Made by a program: the position numbers and the translations under genes. Below, one piece after another: positions 40,090 to 50,079 of a stretch of 64,000 bases of DNA; within the stretch, counting starts at the first letter, position 1; each line of letters starts with the position of its first letter. The notes beneath the pieces were generated by a model. That model was given only the letters and a program-made list of their open reading frames with translations, was not told the DNA's origin and searched no databases. Source of the DNA: Candidatus Bathyarchaeia archaeon (GTDB lineage: Archaea; Thermoproteota; Bathyarchaeia; 40CM-2-53-6); the NCBI GenBank assembly GCA_049513715.1, contig JBEKVV010000003.1, positions 464,359 to 528,358 on the forward strand. The letters run 5' to 3'.

Positions 40090-40641
40090 TTGGATCGTGT
40101 ATCGGAACGTTGGGCCCGCATAGGACCCAGAAACCCACGCACTTTAGTGCATACGCCAAAAGCTGGAGTCTGCCTCTCAACTTTCGTTATCGCGAAACAA
40201 CGAAACTCAATCCTACTGTTCCGCCCTCGCGCTCACGATGCTTGGGAAACTAAAGGCGCGTTCCCCAAGGGCTGGGCTGCTGAGTTGGCTAAGGAGGGGG
40301 CTTGGTTGCTTCCCGCTACTCACCTGCTCATGGGGGAATCGCCAGATCATGCGGCGCGCAGAATCGTTCGGGAATGGGCGGGCTTGAAGGGTACGCCGAG
40401 GTTTCTGATGGTTCAATCTCATACTCGACGCGGTGGATTCCTAAACAAGAAACTGAAAGGCAAACATTGGGACATTTGCTTCGTTTATGAACTTACTGCT
40501 GGGACCGGGCCGAAAGCGAAGCCGTGGTGGTCTGAGGCGCACTACTTTCCGATCCCTAAGATCTCACGCATGCATTTGGGACGCGGCCATCTCGACATAT
40601 TGAAAGAGGCCGGAATGATTCGAATTCGAAGACCTCGCTGA
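40090..40641 (+). CDS. NUDIX-fold protein, paralog of 16955-17473
   Basis: G.CLS.F.I, WLLPA.....GESP..AARRI..E, HWD..F, H.DIL. Confidence 0.7.
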   Translation: MDRVSERWARIGPRNPRTLVHTPKAGVCLSTFVIAKQRNSILLFRPRAHDAWETKGAFPKGWAAELAKEGAWLLPATHLLMGESPDHAARRIVREWAGLKGTPRFLMVQSHTRRGGFLNKKLKGKHWDICFVYELTAGTGPKAKPWWSEAHYFPIPKISRMHLGRGHLDILKEAGMIRIRRPR

Positions 40642-40698
40642 AACCTCCAGCAATCGCCAAGTCATCGCTTTGGGCGGCTGCAAACACGGTTTGCAGAT

Positions 40699-41115
40699 AT
40701 GCAAACCCATATCTACTTTGAACCATACCTAAGCCTAGAGATGCTGATTCTAATGCAGAAGATGGAAGTAAAGAACCTGAATTCTCCAGATGAGACCCGT
40801 AACTTCGAAAAGGGCAAACTCGACCTAGTAAAAATGAGCGGTGCTGTCGTTGGACGCGGAGTCTTCCAGCCGGGATGGCGCTGGTCAACTTCACTCAAAC
40901 CTGTGGCGAAGACGAAAAGTTGCGAGGCCCCACACTTTCAGTACCATGTTTCCGGCGTACTTCACGTAGTCATGGACGATGGCACAGAGAAGGACTGCAA
41001 GGCAGGAGACGTCTCGCTTCTCCCATCCGGCCACGACGCATGGGTCGTAGGCAATGAACCTGCAGTTGTAGTTGACTTTCAGGGCATGATAGACTACGCA
41101 AAACAGGCTAAGTGA
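40699..41115 (+). CDS. Cupin-domain protein (start probably ~40753)
   Basis: PGWRWS, C...H..Y..SG, GHDAWVVG.EP. Confidence 0.85.
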   Translation: MQTHIYFEPYLSLEMLILMQKMEVKNLNSPDETRNFEKGKLDLVKMSGAVVGRGVFQPGWRWSTSLKPVAKTKSCEAPHFQYHVSGVLHVVMDDGTEKDCKAGDVSLLPSGHDAWVVGNEPAVVVDFQGMIDYAKQAK

Positions 41116-41283
41116 ATGACGGAAGCGATTTGATTAATACTAGAGACTCAACGAAGTCGGTAGAATATTCTATTCTGAAATGTCCAAGTTGAATTTGGGC
41201 TTTGTTTCGGATACCTATGAGGTCGATGTGATACCAAAGGAATTCTTTGGTTGATCAGAAGTTTGATTGGAGGTGAGTTCGAA

Positions 41284-41370
41284 GTGGCCATGTATAAGTG
41301 TGGAGCGTGCGGCAAAGAGTCCAGCACCGCTGGTATGTGCTGCGGTGCGCAGATGAAACTGGTAAGTTAG
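41284..41370 (+). CDS. 28-aa desulforedoxin-like microprotein (not in ORF track)
   Basis: GTG start 7 nt after GGAGGTGA; MAMYKCGACGKESSTAGMCCGAQMKLVS* = YKCxxCG...CCGxxM. Confidence 0.75.
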   Translation: MAMYKCGACGKESSTAGMCCGAQMKLVS

Positions 41371-42197
41371 GGAGGTTTTGACTGCAGAGCCTTCCTAAGC
41401 CTCTCATATTTTGCAGGATCATCTCCCACATCTACTGACACGGCTTTTGTTCCAATGTAGATGGGAATCCACTCCTCATATGCCCGCTGACCACGTGCCT
41501 TCACGATCCTCACTTGTCGTTTCTGGCGTCCTTCAACCTCAATCACGCGCAGTTCTATCGCGAAGTCCATGAGCGTTTGCAGGCGTCTTACGTTCTCTTC
41601 GCTGATGGTTCCGCTAGTGAGTGAGGTCAAGAAAGCGCCGCCCTTCGACTTCACTTTAACCGCCATGCTTGACAGGAACTGTACAACCAGTTGGGGGTCC
41701 TTGTAGGTGAATAGAGGAGTGGCTGAGTCGACGATTATCTTCGGGGTTCCTAACTTACTCTTCTCGTTGAATAGATCCGTGATCAAGAGACTCAGTTCGT
41801 TCAGGTCTGTGCGGCTCTTCAGCGCGTACTTCTCTTGACTGGGCACTCCCGCGATTGAGGAGTAACAATCGACGAGAGTGGCAATTCCTTTGCCCTCATA
41901 TTCTGGGAGTTTTTCCTGCGTATACCCCCCAAGGGGACCACGCAGGTTTGACGGGGAATCATCGAACGCGAGTAGAACAACGGGTCTGTTGTTTCTTAGG
42001 TAGAAGTCTATCCAGTGATGCAGTATCGGAGTTTTACCTGCACCTGGCGGGCCGGTAACCATCAAAGTGTAACTGTCCGGTAACCACTGAACGAACTGGT
42101 CACAATGGCCGCAGTAGTAGAACTCTGTGATTTCATCGTACGATGATGGCTCCCCGCAGAGCGGGCAAAGCCTCACTGGGGTTGTTGGCGCTTGCAA
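41367..42197 (-). CDS. KaiC/RAD55-like RecA-superfamily ATPase with N-terminal zinc ribbon
   Basis: CPLCG...CGHC; GPPGAGKT; IIVDS; IVKARG. Confidence 0.85.
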   Translation of the reverse strand: MQAPTTPVRLCPLCGEPSSYDEITEFYYCGHCDQFVQWLPDSYTLMVTGPPGAGKTPILHHWIDFYLRNNRPVVLLAFDDSPSNLRGPLGGYTQEKLPEYEGKGIATLVDCYSSIAGVPSQEKYALKSRTDLNELSLLITDLFNEKSKLGTPKIIVDSATPLFTYKDPQLVVQFLSSMAVKVKSKGGAFLTSLTSGTISEENVRRLQTLMDFAIELRVIEVEGRQKRQVRIVKARGQRAYEEWIPIYIGTKAVSVDVGDDPAKYERLRKALQSKPP

Positions 42198-42495
42198 GCC
42201 TAACCTCTCTGTTCTTCTATTGGCATTAGCTGAAGTTAGTCTGTCGGTTGAGCCTTAAGTGCCTGATGACGTGCCTCATATATTGGCTCGGCAGCTACAC
42301 GTGGTCTTCCATGCTACGCCTTCAAATGTCACATGGAAAACTTAGAACGAAATATCATTTCCGGCGCGCCGTTACACCCAACACGTGAGAATTCAAAAGA
42401 ACATGAACCACGTTTTCCCATTCGCAGCTATCGATGAATTTGGTTGCCTCGAGTACATGATAATTGATATGTAACCATGATGTTCGTTCGGCGCT

Positions 42496-43425
42496 ATGAA
42501 CCATCTCACTGTCGGACTATTTCACGACGATGCACTTGGTCGAGAATTAGGTAAGAAAGGCAGCGAAAGCGACATCGCCATGTTCAACAGAAAAATGGGC
42601 GACCACATATTCACTTTCATGAGCCCAGTGGAAGACAAACTGTCAGCAAAGAGTCAGATAATTTCCAGCATTGACGTCGCGATAGTTGCGTTCGCGGAGA
42701 TGAGTAGGGAATTGGGCGAGACGGTGGTAATGCTCAACTCGCTTGGTGTCTCTCAGGGAATAGCAGTAACGTCTCCCTACGCGACTCCTGAGCAAATAGC
42801 CGCCATAACCAATGGCACTGCCCTCAAATCATTCACCGTCGAAACAAGGGATGCGGTGAAGATGCTTGAAGTTCTCAAGGGCTACCGCCCAGAGAGGGAT
42901 TCTACTTCACCGACAGTAGTTGTAGTGGATCATTCTTTCAGCGTCAAAGGAGTGGGCGAGGTCTTACTTGGATTCGTGCGGAAAGGCATTGTGAAAAAAT
43001 ACGACAACCTCACGCTGCTACCGGCCAACAAAGAGGTCACGGTGCGGTCTATACAAATGCAGGATGAAGACTACGACCAAGCTGAGGCTGGGTCACGAGT
43101 TGGCCTCGCCATGAAGGGCGCGACCGTTGAGGAGATGAGGAGAGGTTCCATCATCTGCGCCCCCGGCAGCGTCAAAACGGGTACAAGGTTGGAGCTCTCT
43201 TTCAAGAAAAGCCCCTTCTATTCTGAGGATTTGAAAGAAGGCGCGTTCCACGCCACAGTGGGCATGCAAACAGTTCCCATCAACATCACCGAACAAAGTG
43301 CAACCTCAATAGTTATCGAATCTGAGAAACCAATCGCGTACACAGCCCAAGATACATTTCTCCTGTTGGATCTGAACGCTAAGAAGATGCGCATTATCGG
43401 CACAGCAAATGCCCCGAACAACTAG
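42496..43425 (+). CDS. SelB-like / EF-Tu domain-II protein with degenerate G domain
   Basis: LGKKG.ESDI, VDHSFSVKGVGEV.LG, VRSIQMQD, GSRVGLA; no GxxxxGK[ST] P-loop. Confidence 0.85.
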   Translation: MNHLTVGLFHDDALGRELGKKGSESDIAMFNRKMGDHIFTFMSPVEDKLSAKSQIISSIDVAIVAFAEMSRELGETVVMLNSLGVSQGIAVTSPYATPEQIAAITNGTALKSFTVETRDAVKMLEVLKGYRPERDSTSPTVVVVDHSFSVKGVGEVLLGFVRKGIVKKYDNLTLLPANKEVTVRSIQMQDEDYDQAEAGSRVGLAMKGATVEEMRRGSIICAPGSVKTGTRLELSFKKSPFYSEDLKEGAFHATVGMQTVPINITEQSATSIVIESEKPIAYTAQDTFLLLDLNAKKMRIIGTANAPNN

Positions 43426-43527
43426 CATGACGAGCCTACTAACGGTCGACAAACAGGCATGAGCCAATCGTGCGGACACATAATACAAAATGGGGAAATG
43501 GGTTCTAGCTTAGTTGGAGTGTTTGTG

Positions 43528-43674
43528 CTACTGCTTGACCTTCAGTTTCTCCGTGTAGGCGTCGGCCAATTTTCCGAGCTTCCAAATCAACCACAGGACT
43601 GCAATTGCAATAACAGCGCCGATGACGCCCCTGATCATCAAGCCCACAAACAGTAAGCCATTTGGATAAGGCAT
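43528..43674 (-). CDS. Small single-TM protein
   Basis: MPYPNG..., AGGTGA RBS. Confidence 0.6.
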   Translation of the reverse strand: MPYPNGLLFVGLMIRGVIGAVIAIAVLWLIWKLGKLADAYTEKLKVKQ

Positions 43675-43827
43675 TATTTTTTCACCTTCTTGACGCGAGT
43701 TCGGCTTTCTCGATAAAAGGAGTTGTGGATGAATCATCCACGACTTTCGAGAATTTCGTCTGGCAGAACGCGAAACCGATTCAGTGGACTTCCTATATTC
43801 TCTTGTTTGCGCGCCAGTTGGACTTCG

Positions 43828-44682
43828 CTAAGCCCGAGGCTTGATGAATGTGCCTCTCTGATATTCTTCAAAGGCGACCCGTAACTCTTCTTCAGTGTTC
43901 ATCACGATAGGGCCATGCCACGCGACGGGTTCCTGTAGAGGCTTACCAGAGATGAGGAGAAACCTGACCCCCGTGCCTCCTGCCTGAACTTTCAATTGGT
44001 CTCCTTTGCCGAACAGTACGAACCCCTCGGCGCCTACGGTGTCATGGTCTGCCTCGTCGAATTTGCCCTGCCCGTCAACGACATATGCGAACACATTACG
44101 CTCGTTCTCGACGGTGTGTGAGAAGAGTGCGTTAGGAGCCAGCGTCACGTCTAGGTACTCTGGGGCAGTGATGATGTCTCGAACTGGCCCTTCGACCGAG
44201 CCGACCTTCCCGCAGATAACCTTCATCTTTACGCCTTTAGAGGGCACTGCTACGGGAATCGTGTCTGCCTTCACATCTCGGTACCGGGGGTCCATCATCT
44301 TATGTGACGCGGGTAAGTTCGCCCATAGCTGGAGCCCCCACAGCAGGCCGGGGCCTTTCGGCATTTCTTGATGAATGATGCCGCTGCCGGCGGTCATCCA
44401 TTGAACTTCGTCTGAGTGTATCGTACCCCCGGTTCCCAAACTGTCTCCGTGCTCCACTCTGCCGTGAAGCATGTACGTTATTGTCTCGATGCCGCGGTGC
44501 GGGTGCCAAGGAAAACCAGCGATGTAATCGCGCTCATCGTTAGAATGAAAATCATCCAATAACAGGAATGGGTCCAGTTCGGGCACCGGTGGATATCCGA
44601 ACGCGCGTTTCAGTTGCACACCGGCACCTTCGACAGTTGGAGTGCTCCGCCATACCTTACTCACTCTACGTGCAGAGCTCAT
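43828..44682 (-). CDS. Pirin family protein
   Basis: DPFLLLD, HPHRGIETITY, QWMTAGSGIIHQE, QLWANLP, GPIVMNT. Confidence 0.95.
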   Translation of the reverse strand: MSSARRVSKVWRSTPTVEGAGVQLKRAFGYPPVPELDPFLLLDDFHSNDERDYIAGFPWHPHRGIETITYMLHGRVEHGDSLGTGGTIHSDEVQWMTAGSGIIHQEMPKGPGLLWGLQLWANLPASHKMMDPRYRDVKADTIPVAVPSKGVKMKVICGKVGSVEGPVRDIITAPEYLDVTLAPNALFSHTVENERNVFAYVVDGQGKFDEADHDTVGAEGFVLFGKGDQLKVQAGGTGVRFLLISGKPLQEPVAWHGPIVMNTEEELRVAFEEYQRGTFIKPRA

Positions 44683-44806
44683 GATTCGCCAGTGTTCTCT
44701 TGACACCTGCTGGGTAAAAGCATGGCGACCAATCAAAACATGCACAAGAACTCAACCATACTGGTTCTTAGGTTCCTTCGTTGCAGACACCTCAAGGCCC
44801 CAGAAC

Positions 44807-45661
44807 ATGCCCAGAGCAGTTGTCAGGTTCAGATCGACCATCGCGAAAACGTCCGACCTCAGGCTAGCAACGCGGCTTTGCCAGCGCTCAACTGGGAGGG
44901 GAGATTATGCTCTCTGGGTTTTGCGAGAAACCATCGAGGACGGAGGACTCTTTCTCGCGTGGGCCGGCCATGAACTTGTTGGAATGACCAACTTCGACAG
45001 ATGCGTGGATGGATCCGGCTGGCTTAGCATGGCCCGAACGGACCCGAAATGGAGACGTACCGGTGTAGCGCTCTTCTTGCAACACAAAATCACCCAATAC
45101 GCAAAGCGAAGAAATATCCTGTTCCTAAGATTGTGGACCTTGTCGAACAACAATGCATCAAAACGTGCTTGCCTGAAAGGCGGTTTCAAACCCATTTGCG
45201 AGGCTGCACATATCTCGTGTGCACTTCGCGGGAAGAGACGCAGAAAAACTCACGCATTCTTGAGGCCCGCTTCCAAAGACATCCTGAGGTCTCTTCTAAC
45301 GTCGAAGACCGTTTCGAAAACGCGCGACTACCTCGGTTACAAGTGGCACTTCGTTAAGGCAAACAAGGAACTACTTCTCAAAATCGCACGAAGAGGCGAA
45401 CTGTACCAAGACGGGGAGACATGCTTCATCCTAACGAAACCGGAACAACGTTTCCATGCGCGTCGTAGCACACTAACGCTTCTAACAGGACAGGTACGCA
45501 AATCTCTGCTAACGGCCAAGAGATTAGCTAAGGATTTGGGCGCTGACAGTCTTTCCTCCTATGTCCCGTACGATTCCTACACTCTTCGTGCTGCTAGAAA
45601 GTTGGGGTTCAGGATTGACGACTGGGGAAAGCACTGCATAATCTTCGAAAAGAAAATCTGA
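44807..45661 (+). CDS. GNAT N-acetyltransferase
   Basis: ARTDPKWRRTGVA, N.AS....KGGF. Confidence 0.8.
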   Translation: MPRAVVRFRSTIAKTSDLRLATRLCQRSTGRGDYALWVLRETIEDGGLFLAWAGHELVGMTNFDRCVDGSGWLSMARTDPKWRRTGVALFLQHKITQYAKRRNILFLRLWTLSNNNASKRACLKGGFKPICEAAHISCALRGKRRRKTHAFLRPASKDILRSLLTSKTVSKTRDYLGYKWHFVKANKELLLKIARRGELYQDGETCFILTKPEQRFHARRSTLTLLTGQVRKSLLTAKRLAKDLGADSLSSYVPYDSYTLRAARKLGFRIDDWGKHCIIFEKKI

Positions 45662-45751
45662 CTCCTACAAACTGACCTGCAGTTGGAAACCAACAGTAGT
45701 TGTTGTAAAACAGAGAGAACGGTCTCAACGAGGGATTCAAGTTACCCGATT

Positions 45752-45943
45752 CTACAAAACCGCGATCGACACCACTTGAACTGTCGGGCTGTAGATTGCT
45801 TTCTCCAGGATCCCGAGTGATGAATAGCCGTGTGTTCCGCAAAATTCTTCGCAGGCTTCTGCGGTTTTGAGAGTGCTGTAGCCGAACCCGCAGATTTCAC
45901 GTCGGTACGTTGTCTGTTTCTTTCCGAATGACTTGTAGACCAA
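45752..45943 (-). CDS. Small Cys-containing protein, possibly degenerate metal-binding
   Basis: YRREICGFGY....AEACEEFC..H; expected first Cys of CxxC appears as Arg (CGT). Confidence 0.55.
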   Translation of the reverse strand: MVYKSFGKKQTTYRREICGFGYSTLKTAEACEEFCGTHGYSSLGILEKAIYSPTVQVVSIAVL

Positions 45944-45959
45944 TTCTTCTCTCAGACTC

Positions 45960-46169
45960 TCAAGCGGTTGCCAATTGTACGAGTTTGCCGTTCACGAAGT
46001 AGCCTCGAAGGCTGCATTGATCGCATATGGCAGCGAGTTGCAGGTCCACGCCGTCCTCGTAGAATATGTTCATGTTGTTTGCTCCGCATCTCGGGCAGGA
46101 ATGGCCAGATGTTTTATCCAACCCAACCACCAGGTTTGTTTTCGGACTGACTTGTGATTCATCTTGCAA
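45960..46169 (-). CDS. Zinc-ribbon protein
   Basis: CPRCG...CDQC. Confidence 0.6.
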   Translation of the reverse strand: MQDESQVSPKTNLVVGLDKTSGHSCPRCGANNMNIFYEDGVDLQLAAICDQCSLRGYFVNGKLVQLATA

Positions 46170-46336
46170 TGAAAAAGCTAAGAATTGAGCGCATAGAAAT
46201 CGTATGCCTCCCCATGCCTCGTATGAATCATATAGAGCGGTCTACTGACAACACACCCTCATCATGAATTGTGCCACAAGGAAAATCCTACGAGTGAAAA
46301 CAGGGAGGCTATGTGGAAAGGAGGGGGTGGGGTGGG

Positions 46337-46825
46337 TTATGGCGAGAAGAACGCGGTTGCGTAGATCGTGTTGCCCGTTGCGTCTCTGACCACAACTTGG
46401 TACTGTGTGCCACTTCTTAGGCTGAGCGACTGAGCGTAACCTCCATCGCCGCTATCATTCGTAGTAACCCAACCAAGTTGCTGCCAACTGCCATCGCATC
46501 CACCTGAACCAGTCTTGTATCCAAGCCAGACACTGTATTGGGTATTGGAACTGGCGTGCTGCAAACGGACGATCAAGTCTCCACTGTCAAACATTACAGT
46601 GCCGAATTTGCCACCAAATCCCAGGTCCCCACAGCTTGCAGGACTCGATGATGGGCTGGCTGGTGCGGCATTGGATACTCCTCGAATATTCGCTCGCGTA
46701 TAATGATTTATTCCTGCGCCGAGTACGGGTGGGCCGTGTTTGCTGGCAGCGTAGCCCTGCGGAACGCTGAGTGCGGCAAGCATCACGATTGCCAAAACGA
46801 TTACTCCAATTGTTCGTTGTTTCAT
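46337..46825 (-). CDS. Secreted hypothetical protein
   Basis: Signal peptide MKQRTIGVIVLAIVMLAALSV; AGGTGA RBS; beta-rich body with 2 Cys. Confidence 0.7.
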   Translation of the reverse strand: MKQRTIGVIVLAIVMLAALSVPQGYAASKHGPPVLGAGINHYTRANIRGVSNAAPASPSSSPASCGDLGFGGKFGTVMFDSGDLIVRLQHASSNTQYSVWLGYKTGSGGCDGSWQQLGWVTTNDSGDGGYAQSLSLRSGTQYQVVVRDATGNTIYATAFFSP

Positions 46826-47146
46826 CTTTTCTTTTCACCTCATACACTCACCGTCTCAGGATTTGAATTAAGTGCTGGTCTCATACTTCGTATAGAGGAC
46901 TACGAATCGTATTCCGCAGAGGAACAGAGGCCTTGCAAGATTCCCTGCTAAGCATAACTCACTCCTGGACTTTTTGCTGCTTGGGACATAGAAACGGCGA
47001 TCTGGCCGAGTACTCGCTCAGGAAGAATTCGCATGGTTTTCGAAAGCGATTGCCCTTGACGTTCAGCCCCAAATCATCCGCAAAATTCCAGTAAAAACGG
47101 CGACGTCCTGGTAACACTGGCTTTCGGACGGATTGACTTCGGCAGC

Positions 47147-47827
47147 CTAGTCTTTGCGTTTTGATAGTGTTACGGCCATTACTCTTACTTGGTCGCAGGA
47201 GTCTTCGCAGTGGTCAGCTGTGTTCTCCATCGCCTCGAAGAACTGCCCTAGAAGTATGATGGAGCCAACTCCGACTCCATTTGCGGGAATACCTGTCAGG
47301 TTGCCCCGAGCCTTCTGGTGCAATTTGTCAACTTGTTCCTCCAACCGTTCCACCTCGTCAGCGGCTCTCAGAGAGTCCTCGATCTCACCGTCAATCAGTT
47401 CCTGAACGCACTCGGCGACCTTAACCGTGCACACGACAATGGTCGAACACATTTCCTTGCAGACTTCCTGAACCTGCTTCGGCATCTGTGAGAGGTCGAA
47501 GAGAACCAGTATTCTGGTTCCCTCATGCGCCCAGTCAGTAATCCAATCAATTTGCCTACCAAGGCGCATCAGGCCTACTCGCTCGTCAGCTGGCAATTCC
47601 CCTCGAGCTAGTTCCATGGTAATTCGGCGTCGCATGCTATCGGCTTCGCGCTCTTTTTGCTCAAGCAGGTTGAAGGTTCTCATCAAGTTGTCCCTCTTCC
47701 CTGCAACAGCCTCGTCAATGCATTTGGAGAGCAGCTCCACTGCAAGCGTGGTCATTTTCGAGTGCTCGAGCACGAGCCCCATCGCTTTGACACTTCGCCT
47801 AGCGACTAACCAACTTTCCAACGACAT
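47147..47827 (-). CDS. DUF47 (PhoU-like) family protein
   Basis: E.EAD..RR, D...D, VERLEEQVD, ENTADHCED. Confidence 0.85.
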   Translation of the reverse strand: MSLESWLVARRSVKAMGLVLEHSKMTTLAVELLSKCIDEAVAGKRDNLMRTFNLLEQKEREADSMRRRITMELARGELPADERVGLMRLGRQIDWITDWAHEGTRILVLFDLSQMPKQVQEVCKEMCSTIVVCTVKVAECVQELIDGEIEDSLRAADEVERLEEQVDKLHQKARGNLTGIPANGVGVGSIILLGQFFEAMENTADHCEDSCDQVRVMAVTLSKRKD

Positions 47828-47862
47828 TTCGATTACACCTCATGACTTTGAATGAGCGATGA

Positions 47863-48966
47863 TCACTCTAGAGCCGTTTCTTTCTCCAACCCTTCTTCGG
47901 GATAGTCAAATAATAGCGTATGTTCGCCCGACCTCAATTGGACGTTGACATCGTCACCAACTTGAAATTCACGACGTTCAGCAATAGTGGGAATGTGCGC
48001 GATGATGTCCAGCCCATTTCCAACCTCAACAACATAACGACTTATGCTTCCAAGGAATGCGACCTCCTTGATTCGGCCCCTCCACTCATCACCTTCCGCC
48101 TTTGCTGGAACCAGTGGGACGAACTCGGGCCGAACAGCTACTACAACTCGTTGACCGACCTTTTTGGCCGACGCTGGAATTCTAATTCTCTGCCCTTTCA
48201 CTTCAACAGCACAATCAGTCCCATTCGTTCCCACAACGCTGCCCTCGAGGAGGTTTGTTTCTCCGACGAAGTTTTCGGTGAAAATATTCTTCGGCGAATA
48301 GTAAAGCTCAGCCGGACTCCCAACCTCCACTACCGCGCCTCGCTTCATCACCACAACCCGATCGGCAATTGAGAGAGCTTCTTCTTGGTCGTGGGTTACG
48401 TGAATCACAGTCAAACCTAGGTCTGAGGCGAGGCGTCGCAACTCGTAACGCAACTCAGCGCGTACTAGGGCGTCGAGTGCGCCGAGTGGTTCGTCGAGGA
48501 GGAAGAAATGTGAGCCTGTTGCTATGGCGCGTCCCACGGCGACCTTTTGTTGCGCACCTCCGCTGAGTTCGTTTGGATGGGATTTGGAGCGGTCGCGCAT
48601 GCTGATGAGGTCTAGCATTTCATTAGATACAGTTGTGATTTGATCCTTCGGTGCATTTCTGACCATTAGGCCGTATGATAGGTTCTCGCGCACGGTCATG
48701 TGAGGAAACAGTGCAATATCCTGGAAGACGTACCCAATGTTTCGATCCTCGATCGGCAGATCTCGAACGGGTTTGCCGTCTATGAGGATTTGCCCGCTGG
48801 TGGGCTGAATTATGCCGGCTACACATTTGATTAGGGTGCTCTTGCCACAACCGCTGGGGCCTATGATGCAGACGTACTCTTTGTCATCGACGTGAAGAGA
48901 CACGTTATCGAGTGCTTTGATGTCTCCGTATAGTTTCGAGACGTTTTCTATGTCTAAGCTTGGCAT
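47863..48966 (-). CDS. ABC importer ATP-binding protein (PotA/FbpC/CysA-like, TOBE domain)
   Basis: GPSGCGKST, LSGG, LLDEPL, HVTHD. Confidence 0.92.
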   Translation of the reverse strand: MPSLDIENVSKLYGDIKALDNVSLHVDDKEYVCIIGPSGCGKSTLIKCVAGIIQPTSGQILIDGKPVRDLPIEDRNIGYVFQDIALFPHMTVRENLSYGLMVRNAPKDQITTVSNEMLDLISMRDRSKSHPNELSGGAQQKVAVGRAIATGSHFFLLDEPLGALDALVRAELRYELRRLASDLGLTVIHVTHDQEEALSIADRVVVMKRGAVVEVGSPAELYYSPKNIFTENFVGETNLLEGSVVGTNGTDCAVEVKGQRIRIPASAKKVGQRVVVAVRPEFVPLVPAKAEGDEWRGRIKEVAFLGSISRYVVEVGNGLDIIAHIPTIAERREFQVGDDVNVQLRSGEHTLLFDYPEEGLEKETALE

Positions 48967-50076
48967 CTAGACCATTTCCAACTCCTGTCCCATTCCGCCG
49001 ACTGGGTACTGGAAGGTCATGACGTCCCGTTCATCGAAGCCAACAGAAACTTCCTCTCCGACCCTGAAGTCCGATTCGGGGCCCTCCAAGAATCGGCGGG
49101 ACGTTAAGGTATCACCGTTTGTTAACCGAATCAAATACTCGCGTGAGTTTCCGAGAAACCTGACCGCTCTAACCTCTCCACTCAAAACGTTTGCCAAATT
49201 GAGGTTTCCGATTTGAATTCGAACACGCTCTTTCCTAATCCCTAAGATGATTGGCTCGCCGATTGTGAATGGCTCCTGTTCCTGCATTTTGATTGCGATT
49301 CCCCCTCGAACCCGAGCAGTCATCCTGTTTCCTGCGGTAGATTCGACAACGCCCTCGAGGAAACTGGCGCCCCCGATTAGGTTCGCCACGAATATTCCTC
49401 GCGGCCTCATGTAGACCCTGTCAACTGTTCCGTAATCCAGAAAGCGTCCGTTCCGGAGAACCATGACATGGTCTGCAACGCTCATGGCCTCGTCCCGGTC
49501 ATGTGTAACATGAATCGCGGTCATGCCAGCTTGTTTCACAAGCTCTCTGAGTTTATGGCGCAACTCGAGCCTAAGCCGAGCGTCCAACGCTCCTAATGGC
49601 TCATCGAGCAGGAGGAGTTTGGCTCCTGAGGCCAAGCCTCGGGCTAATGCGACCCGTTGTTGCATCCCACCACTGAGTTCGTTTGGAAAGGCATCCGAGC
49701 GCGAAGAGAGCCTTACGAGATCCAACGTTTTCCTAGCAGTTTCCAACGCCTCGCTTTCCCGTCTTCCTTTCGCAAGGGGACCGAATGCCACGTTTTGCAG
49801 TACCGTGAGATGTGGGAAGAGTGCGTACTGCTGCGGAACGAAGACGCAGTTCCGGTCTTGGGGGTCGATATTGGTTACGGGTTTGTCGTCGAAGTAAATG
49901 GTTCCCTCTTCGGGCCTCAACAAACCCGCCAGAAGGCGCAGAAGGGTTGTTTTACCGCTCCCAGTCGGGCCCAGAACGCAGAGGTACTCTCCGTCTTCTA
50001 CATCGAAGGTTACGCGGTCTATAGCCAGAACTTTTCCGAATCTTTTTGTGACGTTCGCGAAGTTTACCGAGGGCAG
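48967..50076 (-). CDS. ABC importer ATP-binding protein, CTG start (ORF track truncates it at 49923 and loses Walker A)
   Basis: Frame open to 50079; LPSVNFANVTKRFGK...GPTGSGKTT; LSGGMQQ, LLDEPL. Confidence 0.9.
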   Translation of the reverse strand: MPSVNFANVTKRFGKVLAIDRVTFDVEDGEYLCVLGPTGSGKTTLLRLLAGLLRPEEGTIYFDDKPVTNIDPQDRNCVFVPQQYALFPHLTVLQNVAFGPLAKGRRESEALETARKTLDLVRLSSRSDAFPNELSGGMQQRVALARGLASGAKLLLLDEPLGALDARLRLELRHKLRELVKQAGMTAIHVTHDRDEAMSVADHVMVLRNGRFLDYGTVDRVYMRPRGIFVANLIGGASFLEGVVESTAGNRMTARVRGGIAIKMQEQEPFTIGEPIILGIRKERVRIQIGNLNLANVLSGEVRAVRFLGNSREYLIRLTNGDTLTSRRFLEGPESDFRVGEEVSVGFDERDVMTFQYPVGGMGQELEMV

Positions 50077-50079
50077 CTG

